This document shows, one piece after another, positions 48,856 through 59,067 of a DNA stretch of 64,000 bases. The first letter of the stretch is position 1. Every line of letters starts with the position of its first letter. The translations under genes and the position numbers were made by a program. The DNA lies in assembly GCA_041686345.1 (NCBI GenBank), contig JAWLEA010000002.1, positions 5,318-69,317 on the forward strand. The letters are read 5' to 3'. The notes below the pieces were generated by a model that made no database searches, was not told the DNA's origin, and worked only from the letters and a program-made list of their open reading frames with translations. The DNA is from Polyangia bacterium (GTDB lineage: Bacteria; Myxococcota_A; Polyangia; HGW-17).

Positions 48856-49608
48856 ATGTCCCGCAGAACCATTTCTCCTTTCGAAGAACCAGAAAACTTT
48901 CAAATACCCCAATTTCTGGCCAATTTTGCTGCAATCACCGGAAAAGGGGGAATTAAAAAATTAATGAAAGCCAAAATAGCTCTGATCGGAACCGGAGGAG
49001 TAGGGTCCTGGACCGGCGAATATCTTGTCCGAAGCGGTGTACATCATATTTTTATCTTTGATCCTGATCGAGTTCATCCCACCAACATTAATCGTCAACT
49101 TCCCGCCTCTCCTCATACTGTGGGAAAATTCAAGGTGGAAATCATGAAAAAGCGCCTTTTGTGGATTAATCCTCAGGGAAACTTCAAAGTCTACAAAAAT
49201 TTTGTGGATAAAAACTATCTGGAGAATTTTCCGGTAAAATTTGATTATATTATCGACGCCATCGATCATATGACGGCCAAATCATCAATTCTCTCCTGGT
49301 CTCACTCCAATAAAATTCCTGTTGTAACCAGTCTAGGAGCAGGAGCAAGGCTTGATCCTACTCAAGTGAGAACCGCAGATCTTGCTGATACAATGCGATG
49401 TCCCCTCGGACGCGATTTAAGAAGAATTATGCGACGCAAATATAATTTTCCTCAAACAGGAAAAATGGGCATTAAAGCTGTATATTCTTTGGAAAGGCCT
49501 CTGAAATCCCTCGACCCCGAAATTAAAAATGGAACCATTGCTCCTGTAACTTCAACCTTCGGGGCAGCTTTGGCCGCAATAATCATACAAGATATTTGTC
49601 TCCCTTAG
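48856..49608 (+). CDS. tcdA: tRNA threonylcarbamoyladenosine dehydratase (ThiF/MoeB-family)
   Basis: KIALIGTGGVGSWTGEYLVRSGVHHIFIFDPDRVHPTNINRQ matches TcdA/CsdL (VIGIGGVGSWAAEALARTG...D.D.V..TN.NRQ). Confidence 0.8.
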   Translation: MSRRTISPFEEPENFQIPQFLANFAAITGKGGIKKLMKAKIALIGTGGVGSWTGEYLVRSGVHHIFIFDPDRVHPTNINRQLPASPHTVGKFKVEIMKKRLLWINPQGNFKVYKNFVDKNYLENFPVKFDYIIDAIDHMTAKSSILSWSHSNKIPVVTSLGAGARLDPTQVRTADLADTMRCPLGRDLRRIMRRKYNFPQTGKMGIKAVYSLERPLKSLDPEIKNGTIAPVTSTFGAALAAIIIQDICLP

Positions 49609-50358
49609 ATTCTCTTACTTCTCCTTGATTTATTGCTTATATCACAAAGACAAATTCCCATTTCAAAGGGTAGATTACCGTCTGAGACAGGATTTTTTTC
49701 TCTTCAATTTTGCAGCAACTTCGTAAGCAGAATCAACCATGCCTGCAAAGTCACCGCGTACTTCCCAATCCAATTTCAACCCCGATCAAGAATCCCCAAT
49801 CATAATAAACAGGAGAATCGAAGAAAATTCATATTTACTGGTTGAATTATGGTATTTTTTCATTATAATAACCAACTAGTTCCCGTTTACTAATCAATTT
49901 TACTAATCAATTGACTTTTCTCGCCAGAGTAAATGGTGTTTCGGGTTTCTTAATTCCTTATTGAAGAACAATAACCTTACAAGGCAATAACAGGATGGTT
50001 TTCAAAAATAATCCTTTTTGTCTTCCATGCTTTTTTGAAAATCCGGGCCACATGGTCAATTTCCTTTTTGTATCTGTTTTATAATATTTTCAATTATATA
50101 TGCCCAGATAACAACTTGTTTTTTTACTCTTGAGTATTTTTCTGGAATTATTCTGGAAAAATCCCCTCTCTGAGATCTTTATCCTATCATTATCCCTTTA
50201 TTCCTTTTGAGTATTTTGCTGAAAACCAAGGAGAACTCATCAGTTTTATTGTTTCTCCTGAATAGATTAAACCAACTGCTGCAAAATTCAAAACGAGTCC
50301 AAAGCCAAAAAATTTTCTTCTTAAGGATTAAGAAACAGAGTTATGAGGAGATATTACC

Positions 50359-52110
50359 GTGAAATTAAAACACTTTCTCATTAAAACCCGCGCTGTAAAC
50401 AAAAATATTCTCAACAAATCGAGATCTGAAAAATTGCTCAACTTTCTGGAGGCAGGAATTTCTTTTGCAGAGCTGGCTGATAATCATCTCGAACTGCTGA
50501 AAGATATACCAAATTCACAATTGCGTCGTCTCAGTGATGCCCGCAGAAGCTGGTTAAAACTGGAAAAAGCCAAAGAAGAATTGCAAAACTATTTCCGGGA
50601 AAATGAGATTGAAATCAAAGATGACAAAGTCTATTCCATTGCCCTTTCTGAACGCAGAATAAGTGCTCTCAAACACATAATTCCCTTTATCAACTTGAGC
50701 GAATTTGCCACCAGTGACAAATGGATCAAAGCTGTGGAAATTGCATTGGGTGTATGGACCGGAGCCGTCAACCTTACCTTGAAAAAGGGAAAAGTAACTC
50801 TCAGAGCAACTCAAAGCGAAGTACCGGAAATATATGAAAACATGATTGACACCAAATATGAAATAGTCGACATGACTGTTTCCATCTGGACCAACATCAA
50901 AAACGCTCTCAATGAAAAATATATCGAACTTGAATTTGAATATCCCACTTCTTCTTTCAAATCCCATCTTCAAGCTGTCATTGATAAATTGGGAACCAAT
51001 ATCGCCGAAATGAACTTTGACGAGGTTATGGAACAATTGGTACTGAAGGAGCTTCCCAACACTCTTGTTTCCTATTTTGACAACAAAGTGGTACATAATA
51101 AACTGGAAAAAATCAGTGAAAACTATATCAACATTTTACGAACACCTCCCATAAAAACAGCTCGTCTTGGAAGTTTCTATCCCGATAAAGAAGGAAAAAC
51201 AGCTGGGATAAGCGTAATTAGCAACAATGGCAAAGTTATTTCCCATGAAATACTTGAGCTTGAAAATAATTGGTGGGAACAAGCCAGAATTCATTTTGTT
51301 CAGCATAAAACCTCCTACATTGCTGTCCCCAAATACATTTCTGCGGAAGACGAAACTTCTCCCGTCGATATAATCAAAGAAAATGAAGGTAATTTTCTGG
51401 TTTTTATTCCTGCAAAAAATGATGTTCTGGAACCTGTATATGAAACCATGGAAAGGGTTTCACCTGATTTACCGGAAGTTGATTACAGTGTTATTATCGC
51501 CCGCAGACTGCTCAATCCCCTTGAAGAGTGGTCCAAACTCGATCCCCTTAAAATAATTACAGTTGAATTGGATTCTGAATTGGATGAAACCATGGTACGT
51601 TCATATCTTCTGGAAAAAAAGGGTTTGGCTCTCCTCGATCCCAGTTTCAAAAGAATTCCTTCCAAAGTTATTCCTTCAGTTCCAGGTCGAATTACATCCG
51701 GTAAAAAGTTGAATCCCAAAGTAAAATCAATCAATGATGTCAAAGAAGGAATGACTCTCACCGGTATTGTCATCAATATCACCAAGTTTGGTGCTTTCGT
51801 CAATATAGGTCTTTCCCAGGAGGCTTTGATTCACGTCAGTGAAATGGCGGACCATTTTGTCAATGATCCCGGCGAAATAGTTCAACTGGGTCAACAAGTA
51901 AAGGTTACGGTAGTTTCCGTAGATCTGCAAAAAGGAAGAATTTCCCTTTCTCTGAAAAGTGAACCAGGCCTTGGTAACAAAAGGAGCAGAAGACCTTCCA
52001 ATTCACGCCGTACCGGGGGAAGACGCAACAGAAACAACAAAGAAAGATACCAATCCCCTGCCGCTCGTTCCAAGGCTTTGAAAAATCTGGAAAATCTATT
52101 TAAAAAATAG
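50359..52110 (+). CDS. Tex-like RNA-binding protein with C-terminal S1 domain and Arg-rich tail
   Basis: GTG start 7 nt after a GAGGAG RBS. S1 domain GMTLTGIVINITKFGAFVNIGLSQEALIHVSEMADHFVNDPGEIVQLGQQVKVTVVSVD closely matches the Tex S1 domain. Tail RSRRPSNSRRTGGRRNRNNKER. It is shorter than canonical Tex proteins. Confidence 0.6.
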   Translation: MKLKHFLIKTRAVNKNILNKSRSEKLLNFLEAGISFAELADNHLELLKDIPNSQLRRLSDARRSWLKLEKAKEELQNYFRENEIEIKDDKVYSIALSERRISALKHIIPFINLSEFATSDKWIKAVEIALGVWTGAVNLTLKKGKVTLRATQSEVPEIYENMIDTKYEIVDMTVSIWTNIKNALNEKYIELEFEYPTSSFKSHLQAVIDKLGTNIAEMNFDEVMEQLVLKELPNTLVSYFDNKVVHNKLEKISENYINILRTPPIKTARLGSFYPDKEGKTAGISVISNNGKVISHEILELENNWWEQARIHFVQHKTSYIAVPKYISAEDETSPVDIIKENEGNFLVFIPAKNDVLEPVYETMERVSPDLPEVDYSVIIARRLLNPLEEWSKLDPLKIITVELDSELDETMVRSYLLEKKGLALLDPSFKRIPSKVIPSVPGRITSGKKLNPKVKSINDVKEGMTLTGIVINITKFGAFVNIGLSQEALIHVSEMADHFVNDPGEIVQLGQQVKVTVVSVDLQKGRISLSLKSEPGLGNKRSRRPSNSRRTGGRRNRNNKERYQSPAARSKALKNLENLFKK

Positions 52111-52149
52111 CTGTCATTTACTTTTTAAATAATAAAATCAATAAAATAA

Positions 52150-52507
52150 GGGGTTTTGGGAGCAATAGACGTAAGCCGGGTTCTGTTCCAAAAATATTTG
52201 GTGTGATTATTCATCCAGGCCTGCAGTTACCTGCAGGCTCAAGCGACTACCGGAAAAAGCCCCAGACAGCTGTATATTTCCATTTGTCTTGCTTCAGATG
52301 GGGTTTACCATGCGTTTTTCGTCACCGAAAAACCGGTGCGCTCTTACCACACCCTTTCACCCTTACCGAACTTGTCGGCGGTTTGCTTTCTGTGGCACTT
52401 TCCTTCAGGTCACCCTGACTGGGAGTTACCCAGCATCCTGTCTGGAGAAGCCCGGACTTTCCTCCTGTAAATTTACAGGCAATCACATCACCATCTCCCA
52501 AAACCTG
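52150..52507 (-). ncRNA. rnpB: RNase P RNA, bacterial type A
   Basis: The reverse complement contains GGAGGAAAGTCCGGGC (P4 5' strand), the P3 hairpin CCTGTAAATTTACAGG, AAGGGTGAAAGGGTGTGGTAAGAGCGCACC, and ACAGAACCCGGCTTACG (P4 3' strand). P1 is formed by GGTTTTGGGAG pairing with CTCCCAAAACC. ORFs 52203-52418 and 52289-52570 are artefacts over this RNA. Confidence 0.9.
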
Positions 52508-52571
52508 ATTAATCTATGTAACAAATTAACTGAAAAAGCAATCTATTTTCTTGGAAGAAAACAATTATGAT

Positions 52572-52742
52572 AACTAGTTTCCATCCCAGAAGTGATGTTT
52601 TTAGCTGGGGAAGAAATTGGATTGAGATGCACGGAATAACTTCGCAGTCATAGTTGCCACTATTTCAAGAAGTTACGACAAAGCAGATTAATTCATTTTC
52701 CGTCGCCAGACGATGACCTTCCTTTTGGGGACGGGAACTAGT
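52572..52742 (+). repeat. MITE-like element, copy F (full; reference orientation)
   Basis: AACTAGTTTCCATCCCAGAAGTGATG...GATTGAGATGCACGGAATAACTTCGCAG...CCTTTTGGGGACGGGAACTAGTT. Lies between rnpB and proS. Confidence 0.85.
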
Positions 52743-52904
52743 TAAAATCTGTTTGATAATTTAACTGAATCGATTATTGTTGCATAACCAAAGTAAAGTT
52801 TACTGCCAATGCTGATAATTTGGATTGGCCACCTGGTGCCTCCAAAATCAACATTATCATAACTGAAAACCAGACTATTACCATCAAGTTCAAGGAAAAT
52901 GCAA

Positions 52905-54635
52905 ATGAGACTTTCTAAACTAATAGGTAAAACCCTCCGAGATGATCCTAAAGACGCTAAACTTGTCAGCCATAAATTTTTACTGAGAGGTGCCTATATA
53001 AGACAAGTCGGAGCAGGAATCTATTCCCTGCTTCCTATTGCCAAGAGGATTGTTGCTAAAATTGAAAATATAATCAGAGAAGAAATGAACCGGATCGAAG
53101 GCCAGGAAGTACTGTTGCCGGTTGTAATGCCCCGTGAACTCTGGGAAGAAGCCGGTCGTTATGATTCCATCGGAGACGAGATGCTTCGCTTCAAGGACAG
53201 AAACAACAATGATATGCTTTTGGGAATGACACATGAAGAAGCCATTGTTCACCTTGCCCGTACAGAAATCAATTCTTACAAACAATTACCGGTGATGCTC
53301 TATCAGATTCAAACGAAATTTCGAGATGAAACTCGCAGTAGAGGGGGTTTAATCCGAGTCAGAGAATTTACAATGAAAGACGCTTATTCTTTCCACACCT
53401 CCTTCGAAGATATGGTTGATTATTATCATAAAGTTCACGAAGCTTATGTTCGTATTTTCAAAAGAACCGGGCTTGTTGAATTTATCGATGTAGAATCAGA
53501 TGCCGGAATGATGGGTGGCAATGCTTCTCATGAATTCATGCTGCTCACCCCTGACGGAGAAGATGCCGTCTTCCTTTGCCCCAAGTGCAAATACAGAGCC
53601 AACAAAGAAATTGCCCAAGCTGACTACCCTGGTATTGAAGAAAATTCCAAGCCTCTAAAAAAAGTTGCAACTCCTGGCAAAAAGACCATTGAAGAAGTGG
53701 CCGCTTTCCTCAAAGTTGACAAGCAGCAGACGGCTAAAGCTGTTTTCTATGTTGCCGAGGAAGATCAACTGGTTTTTGTTCTGATCCGAGGAGATCTTGA
53801 AGTCAATGAGAATAAACTGGGAAAAGCTCTGCAAACAAACAATTTTCGACCTGCTCACGATGTTGAAATTGAGCAGGCAGGTGCAGTTCCCGGTTATGCT
53901 TCCCCCCTTGCTCTTTCCACTGATGATTTTACTCTGGTGGTAGATCCAACCGTTGAACAATCAAACAATCTCGTAACCGGTGCCAATCAAATTGATGCTC
54001 ATTACATGAATTTCAACACTAATCGTGATCTGAAGGATCTGGATTATATTCAGGCAGACATCGCCACTCCCAGAGAAGGTGATCCTTGTCCCCAATGCAA
54101 CCAACCCCTCAAATCAAACCGTGGAATAGAAATAGGCAATATTTTTCAATTGGGCACCAAATATTCGGAGCCTATGCAGGCTGACTTCCTCAATGAACAT
54201 GGTAAAAGAAAACCTGCAGTCATGGGTTGTTACGGAATCGGAGTCGGACGACTCATGGCTTCGGTTATTGAAGAAAAAAACGATGAATACGGTCCTGTCT
54301 GGCCTCTTTCAATAGCTCCCTGGCAAGTACAAATATGTGCAATTAATTACAAAAAACAGAAAGTAAAAGCCGCAACGGAAAAATTATATAACGATTTGAA
54401 AGAAGCGGGGATTGATGTTCTTCTTGATGACAGAGATGAAAAGGCAGGAGTTCAATTCAATGATGCTGATCTGCGCGGTATACCCTTCAGAATTGTTATT
54501 TCTCCCAGAAATCTGAAAAAAAATCAGGTGGAATTCAAAAGAAGAGACTCCAAAGATAAAGCTTTTATCCCCCTGAACAAAGTTGTCGAAACTCTTTCCC
54601 TCAAAATTAAACAGGAGTTAAAAAAATATTCCTGA
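52905..54635 (+). CDS. proS: Prolyl-tRNA synthetase (bacterial type with editing insertion)
   Basis: MRLSKLIGKTLRDDPKDA...HKFLLRGAYIRQ parallels E. coli ProS [20 protein letters not shown]. Class II motifs, and a C-terminal anticodon-binding domain. The ORF track starts 6 nt upstream at 52899. Confidence 0.9.
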   Translation: MRLSKLIGKTLRDDPKDAKLVSHKFLLRGAYIRQVGAGIYSLLPIAKRIVAKIENIIREEMNRIEGQEVLLPVVMPRELWEEAGRYDSIGDEMLRFKDRNNNDMLLGMTHEEAIVHLARTEINSYKQLPVMLYQIQTKFRDETRSRGGLIRVREFTMKDAYSFHTSFEDMVDYYHKVHEAYVRIFKRTGLVEFIDVESDAGMMGGNASHEFMLLTPDGEDAVFLCPKCKYRANKEIAQADYPGIEENSKPLKKVATPGKKTIEEVAAFLKVDKQQTAKAVFYVAEEDQLVFVLIRGDLEVNENKLGKALQTNNFRPAHDVEIEQAGAVPGYASPLALSTDDFTLVVDPTVEQSNNLVTGANQIDAHYMNFNTNRDLKDLDYIQADIATPREGDPCPQCNQPLKSNRGIEIGNIFQLGTKYSEPMQADFLNEHGKRKPAVMGCYGIGVGRLMASVIEEKNDEYGPVWPLSIAPWQVQICAINYKKQKVKAATEKLYNDLKEAGIDVLLDDRDEKAGVQFNDADLRGIPFRIVISPRNLKKNQVEFKRRDSKDKAFIPLNKVVETLSLKIKQELKKYS

Positions 54636-55414
54636 TGAATTCGGTCAACCACTTTGAAACTTTTGCAAACCAATACCAACTTCATTTCAAGAATTTGAAA
54701 ATATTTCTGCTGGGATTTACTCTGCTGTTTTTTCTGATTTTCGGATGCTTTTACTACTCTTCCTATCCCTTTACCATCGGCAAAACCAGAAAAAATACAG
54801 CCCATGCTCTTATTCAAAAAACCGGGATGTTTGTCAAACCTGAAAACATAATTCTTGCCAAACCCCTTTTTGCTGAATCAGAATTTTTTCCCCGACAACA
54901 CACTATTTTTTTCCTGGCTGCCGAGAATGAAAAAGGCAACAATGATGTCTATTCAGCCCAGGTCTTTCTGTCCAAAACAGGAGTTCCCTTTGCTCTGAAC
55001 AACATCAACAATCTATCACAAACTCCCGATTGCAACGAAAAACAAATGGCCAACTGGAAAAATCGACTGGCTTTTGTCAGTAAAAATAAAAAGAGTCTGG
55101 AAAAACCTCCTGTAATTACAGTTGCAATCATCAATAAAATTAAAATTGATAAGCTTTTCACCAAAACTCAACTTCCAGAATCTGATCAAATATTTCTTTC
55201 AGGTAAAAACCTGTTTGCACCCTTTATATATAAAATTACTCCTGCTTCAAATCAAAACAGGATTTTGCTAAAATGGGAAAAAGGAATATTGAAATTTATT
55301 GAAACAACTAAAACAGGCAAGATCAAAAAATACAAATTTGATCCGGTGAAGGGAAAATTGATTTCCAGACACAAATTGAGATCTTTTACAGCCAGAGGCT
55401 ATTCACCTCATTGA
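54635..55414 (+). CDS. Hypothetical membrane-anchored protein
   Basis: 259 aa. One N-terminal TM helix. No recognisable domain. Confidence 0.5.
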   Translation: MNSVNHFETFANQYQLHFKNLKIFLLGFTLLFFLIFGCFYYSSYPFTIGKTRKNTAHALIQKTGMFVKPENIILAKPLFAESEFFPRQHTIFFLAAENEKGNNDVYSAQVFLSKTGVPFALNNINNLSQTPDCNEKQMANWKNRLAFVSKNKKSLEKPPVITVAIINKIKIDKLFTKTQLPESDQIFLSGKNLFAPFIYKITPASNQNRILLKWEKGILKFIETTKTGKIKKYKFDPVKGKLISRHKLRSFTARGYSPH

Positions 55415-55436
55415 ACCGCAATAAGGAGAAACAGAT

Positions 55437-56534
55437 ATGACACCTTTTGAAGTAGCAATGATGGCAAGTGGTTTTCTGGTTATCCTCATGTTTATCATGT
55501 CAGTCATGTTGTTTTTTTCCATCAATTTTAAAAAAAACAACTTTCACAAGCCTCCAAAACTATTTTTTAAATTTGAAAATCTGTATAAAAATCGAAAAAT
55601 ATTGACCCCTCCTTTGCTGAACAAGGAAAGAATCATCCAAAAATCCGAAAATTTGCGCAGTAGCGGTAAATTAATCAGAGCCCGATATTTTGCAAATATA
55701 GCAGGGGAATTAAGCGATAATCCAAACTTCTGCCCTGAAAAACTCAAAGAAGTTTTATTGCCAGACATCAACAAGATAGAAAAACCAATATCCAATTCTC
55801 TGCTGGCCCAACATATTTCCCACCCCCAACTTCACAATCTTCTTACTCCCACTTTTGTTTCCATTTCCAAAGCTCAACTTGAAATCAATTCCCATCCAAC
55901 TGTCAATTACAATCTTAAAAGCCAAGATAAGGCATCCAATTACAATAAGAATGAAATAATTATTGGTTATTTCAGCAAAATTTCCAAAATACTCCTGGGA
56001 TTTGAACCGCAAATTTTTTACAAAAACGAAAACATCAATATTCTCCATGCCAACACTCAAAAAAATAACAAATGGTATCCCTCTTTACTTTTTGGTAATA
56101 AATTTCTCTTTTCTTCCACAGAAGAACAGATTTTTCTACTCGCTTCCAAACTTGCTCTTTTCCGCCCTGAACTCAGAATTATTCTTTGTTATCCAACCGA
56201 GAAAAAATTTGCGGATTTTGCCGATAAGATGCTTAATTACCCTAATTCCTCCCTCAAAACCGAAATAATGGAAAAAATTCATCCTGAAGATCAGAAAAAA
56301 ATCTTGAAATTTCTGACAGAAAATGAAATCGAAATTTCTGATTTTATTAACTGGAGAAAAGGTGCTATTCTTACAGCCAATCGCTTGGGTTTTATTTTTG
56401 CCAATGATTTTAATAAAATAAGTTCCCTGCTTAAAAAAAACGGAGAACTGGAAACCAAACTTGATCTGATGTCATATATTATCTCGGAGAGATTTATAAA
56501 AACTCTGATCAATTTAAAAATGATCCCCGAGTAA
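55437..56534 (+). CDS. Hypothetical protein
   Basis: 365 aa. N-terminal TM. No recognisable domain. Confidence 0.5.
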   Translation: MTPFEVAMMASGFLVILMFIMSVMLFFSINFKKNNFHKPPKLFFKFENLYKNRKILTPPLLNKERIIQKSENLRSSGKLIRARYFANIAGELSDNPNFCPEKLKEVLLPDINKIEKPISNSLLAQHISHPQLHNLLTPTFVSISKAQLEINSHPTVNYNLKSQDKASNYNKNEIIIGYFSKISKILLGFEPQIFYKNENINILHANTQKNNKWYPSLLFGNKFLFSSTEEQIFLLASKLALFRPELRIILCYPTEKKFADFADKMLNYPNSSLKTEIMEKIHPEDQKKILKFLTENEIEISDFINWRKGAILTANRLGFIFANDFNKISSLLKKNGELETKLDLMSYIISERFIKTLINLKMIPE

Positions 56535-56597
56535 TTTTAATTTTCCATGATCACCTGTTTTTGTGAGTTAAAGCATGATTAAAGTCAAACCAAGCCT

Positions 56598-59015
56598 ATG
56601 AATTTATATCTTCATCCCAGAGTCATCTTCTGGTTTATTACTCTGACTCCCTTTATTCTTTTTTATTTTTTTCTTGATCAACTTAATCCTGATAATCTTT
56701 ATTCCCTTAAAATCACTTACCTTTTTTCCTTTTCAATATATTTCATCATCAATCTTCTGATAAACTTCAAAAAAAAAGAACTTATCAACTCTTTTCTTTA
56801 TTTTTTGATCTGGCCCTTTTCTCTGGGAGCAGGATTTTTGATCCATAATTGTCTGACTCAGGATTTCTACGTTCTGACAGTTATTTCCATCAATTTTCTT
56901 TTTATTTTCATTCCCCTCAACAGAAATTTTGTCAAAAAAAACAAGCTTATAAAACCGGTCAAATCTTATCGCAACTTTATCTTCGACACCTTCATGCTAT
57001 CTCTGGTGGCTTTGGAAATTGCTGTTTTCGGAGGATTTATTTTCTTCATCAGTGTCAGAAACACCCAACCGGGACTGATCAAAAAAATCCTCTTTCTTAA
57101 TGCATTAATTCAACCCTTTTTTATCCTGGTTTATTATTGGGGCCTGGTTTTCATCGGCAAAAAAATTCATTCATTTTTCTTTTACAAAAACAAAAAGATA
57201 AAATTAAAAACAGCTTTCCGCAGATTACAGATTTTTCCTTATATCTGTGCAGCTTTTATCACTTTGCTTTCATTTTTGGCAATCACTATCTACTATCTCG
57301 CAGGTTATTATTTTCTGGCAATCAACATTTCTTCATTGCTCAGTCTCATGTTCATTATCATGATCAGCATAATCGGGGGTAATCTTTTTATTATCCCATT
57401 TCTACGCAATCTCATCCTTCCCCATCTCAAACAAATCGCCTGCAGTGGAATTTTTGAACATTCCAAGGTAAGATCCCCTCTTTCTTTGAGATTCAAACTC
57501 GGAATCTGGTTTGGAGCCGTGGTTTTCATTGCTACTGCTTTTTCAGCTTTCTGGAGTTACAGTCAATATGAAAATCTGGTTGAAAATTTTCTGAATAAAA
57601 GAGCTGAAACCCGAATCAACTCAATGAAAAATGATTTAAAAAACAAATTGGTTTTGGTCAGCAAGGTAGACAGTGGACCTACAATCAACAGCCTCCTTAA
57701 AAATTATGCACAGGGGGACAGTGGTTATTATTTTCATCTTCCCACCTCGGGAAAAGCATGGTTTACCAGTCAAAAAAACCGCTTGCTTGATGTAGTCAAC
57801 CGTTACAAGATCCGAAATTTTTCCCGTGGAACCCTGAAAATACCCCCAAAGAATCTTTATGGATATTTTGTAGAAATAAAATACGATAACAACAGAATTG
57901 GGGCAATTGGTGTTCTTTACCGTGATCAAAGCTCTTCGCGGTTGGATCGTCCCGGGAAAATTTTCAGGATCATCCTTTTTTACTTTTTTCTCTTCCTGAT
58001 GGCTGCAGGTGGAGTAGCCTACTATGTAAGTGAATTTACCTCCCCTCTGAGAAAACTTGAAAACAGGGTAAGTGCCATAACTGCTGGTAAATTCAACCAG
58101 AAAATTGAACCCCAGGGGGAAGTTGATGAAATAGGACGTTTGTCTTTTACTTTGGAATTGATGCGTAAAACCATCAGAGAAAAAGTTACCACAATTGAAA
58201 ACCTCAATATAAATCTAGAGAACATGGTTAAAGAAAGGACCATCGATCTGGCCAAAGCCAACAAGGAACTAAAGAAAACCCTGGCAGAATTGAAAAATGC
58301 CCAGAAACAACTGATAGCAACAGAAAAACTTGCCGCATTCGGACGTCTGCTGGCCGGACTGGCTCATGAAATCAACAATCCGGTCAACTCCATCGCCAAT
58401 ACTCTCAACCCCCTTGATAATCTGATTGACAAAATTACCAAAACAGATCCAGAACCCCAAGATATCAAAGATATCAAAAGCATGATCAATATTCTCAATC
58501 GAGGCACAAACAGAATCAGACAAGTTATTGACCGGATCACCAATACCCTTAAATCTGATAATTCACCCAGAAAAAAAATTCAGGTGAAAGAATCAATAGA
58601 AAATGCTATTTCACTGATCTCAGGAAAGCTAGAAGATATTAAGATTATAAAAGAATTACAGAAAGATGCTTATATTTCAGCCAGCCCCGGTGCTATTGAA
58701 GAAGTATTTGAAAATTTGATAATTAACGCTGCAGATGCCATGGAAAAAAGTTCTGAAAAAATTCTGAAAATCAAGGTAAAAGTTGAAGAAGATAAAGTCA
58801 GAATAGAATTTGAAGACAAAGGCAGCGGAATTCCTTATAAAATAAGGGAAAAAATCTTTGATCCCTTCTTTACTACCAAAGAAGTAGGAGGAGGAATGGG
58901 GCTTGGCTTGAGTATTGTCAATGATATTGTCAAAAGTTACAACGGAGATCTGGAAATTGTTTCCCTGAGAAAAGGAACCAGAGTTGTACTTGTATTTCCC
59001 AAACCATCGACGTGA
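56598..59015 (+). CDS. Multi-pass membrane sensor histidine kinase
   Basis: About 8 N-terminal TM helices, a HAMP-like linker, H-box LAGLAHEINNPVNSIAN, and HATPase_c (NLIINAADAM, DKGSGI, GGGMGLGLSIV). Confidence 0.85.
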   Translation: MNLYLHPRVIFWFITLTPFILFYFFLDQLNPDNLYSLKITYLFSFSIYFIINLLINFKKKELINSFLYFLIWPFSLGAGFLIHNCLTQDFYVLTVISINFLFIFIPLNRNFVKKNKLIKPVKSYRNFIFDTFMLSLVALEIAVFGGFIFFISVRNTQPGLIKKILFLNALIQPFFILVYYWGLVFIGKKIHSFFFYKNKKIKLKTAFRRLQIFPYICAAFITLLSFLAITIYYLAGYYFLAINISSLLSLMFIIMISIIGGNLFIIPFLRNLILPHLKQIACSGIFEHSKVRSPLSLRFKLGIWFGAVVFIATAFSAFWSYSQYENLVENFLNKRAETRINSMKNDLKNKLVLVSKVDSGPTINSLLKNYAQGDSGYYFHLPTSGKAWFTSQKNRLLDVVNRYKIRNFSRGTLKIPPKNLYGYFVEIKYDNNRIGAIGVLYRDQSSSRLDRPGKIFRIILFYFFLFLMAAGGVAYYVSEFTSPLRKLENRVSAITAGKFNQKIEPQGEVDEIGRLSFTLELMRKTIREKVTTIENLNINLENMVKERTIDLAKANKELKKTLAELKNAQKQLIATEKLAAFGRLLAGLAHEINNPVNSIANTLNPLDNLIDKITKTDPEPQDIKDIKSMINILNRGTNRIRQVIDRITNTLKSDNSPRKKIQVKESIENAISLISGKLEDIKIIKELQKDAYISASPGAIEEVFENLIINAADAMEKSSEKILKIKVKVEEDKVRIEFEDKGSGIPYKIREKIFDPFFTTKEVGGGMGLGLSIVNDIVKSYNGDLEIVSLRKGTRVVLVFPKPST

Positions 59016-59067
59016 TTGATTGTAAACCAAGTTTACACCGACAACATAAAATTTATGACCCGCCCTC

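Noticed and set aside
52203-52570. ORF-track CDSs 52203-52418 and 52289-52570 (plus strand)
   Set aside because: They lie entirely over the RNase P RNA gene on the opposite strand. They have no RBS and contain no protein-like sequence.
1313-52742. The MITE interior as a tRNA, tmRNA or other known structured RNA gene
   Set aside because: Copies occur in both orientations with terminal inverted repeats and variable decay. There is no cloverleaf and no match to RNA motifs I know. Transposon-like behaviour explains this better, though sRNA expression is not excluded.
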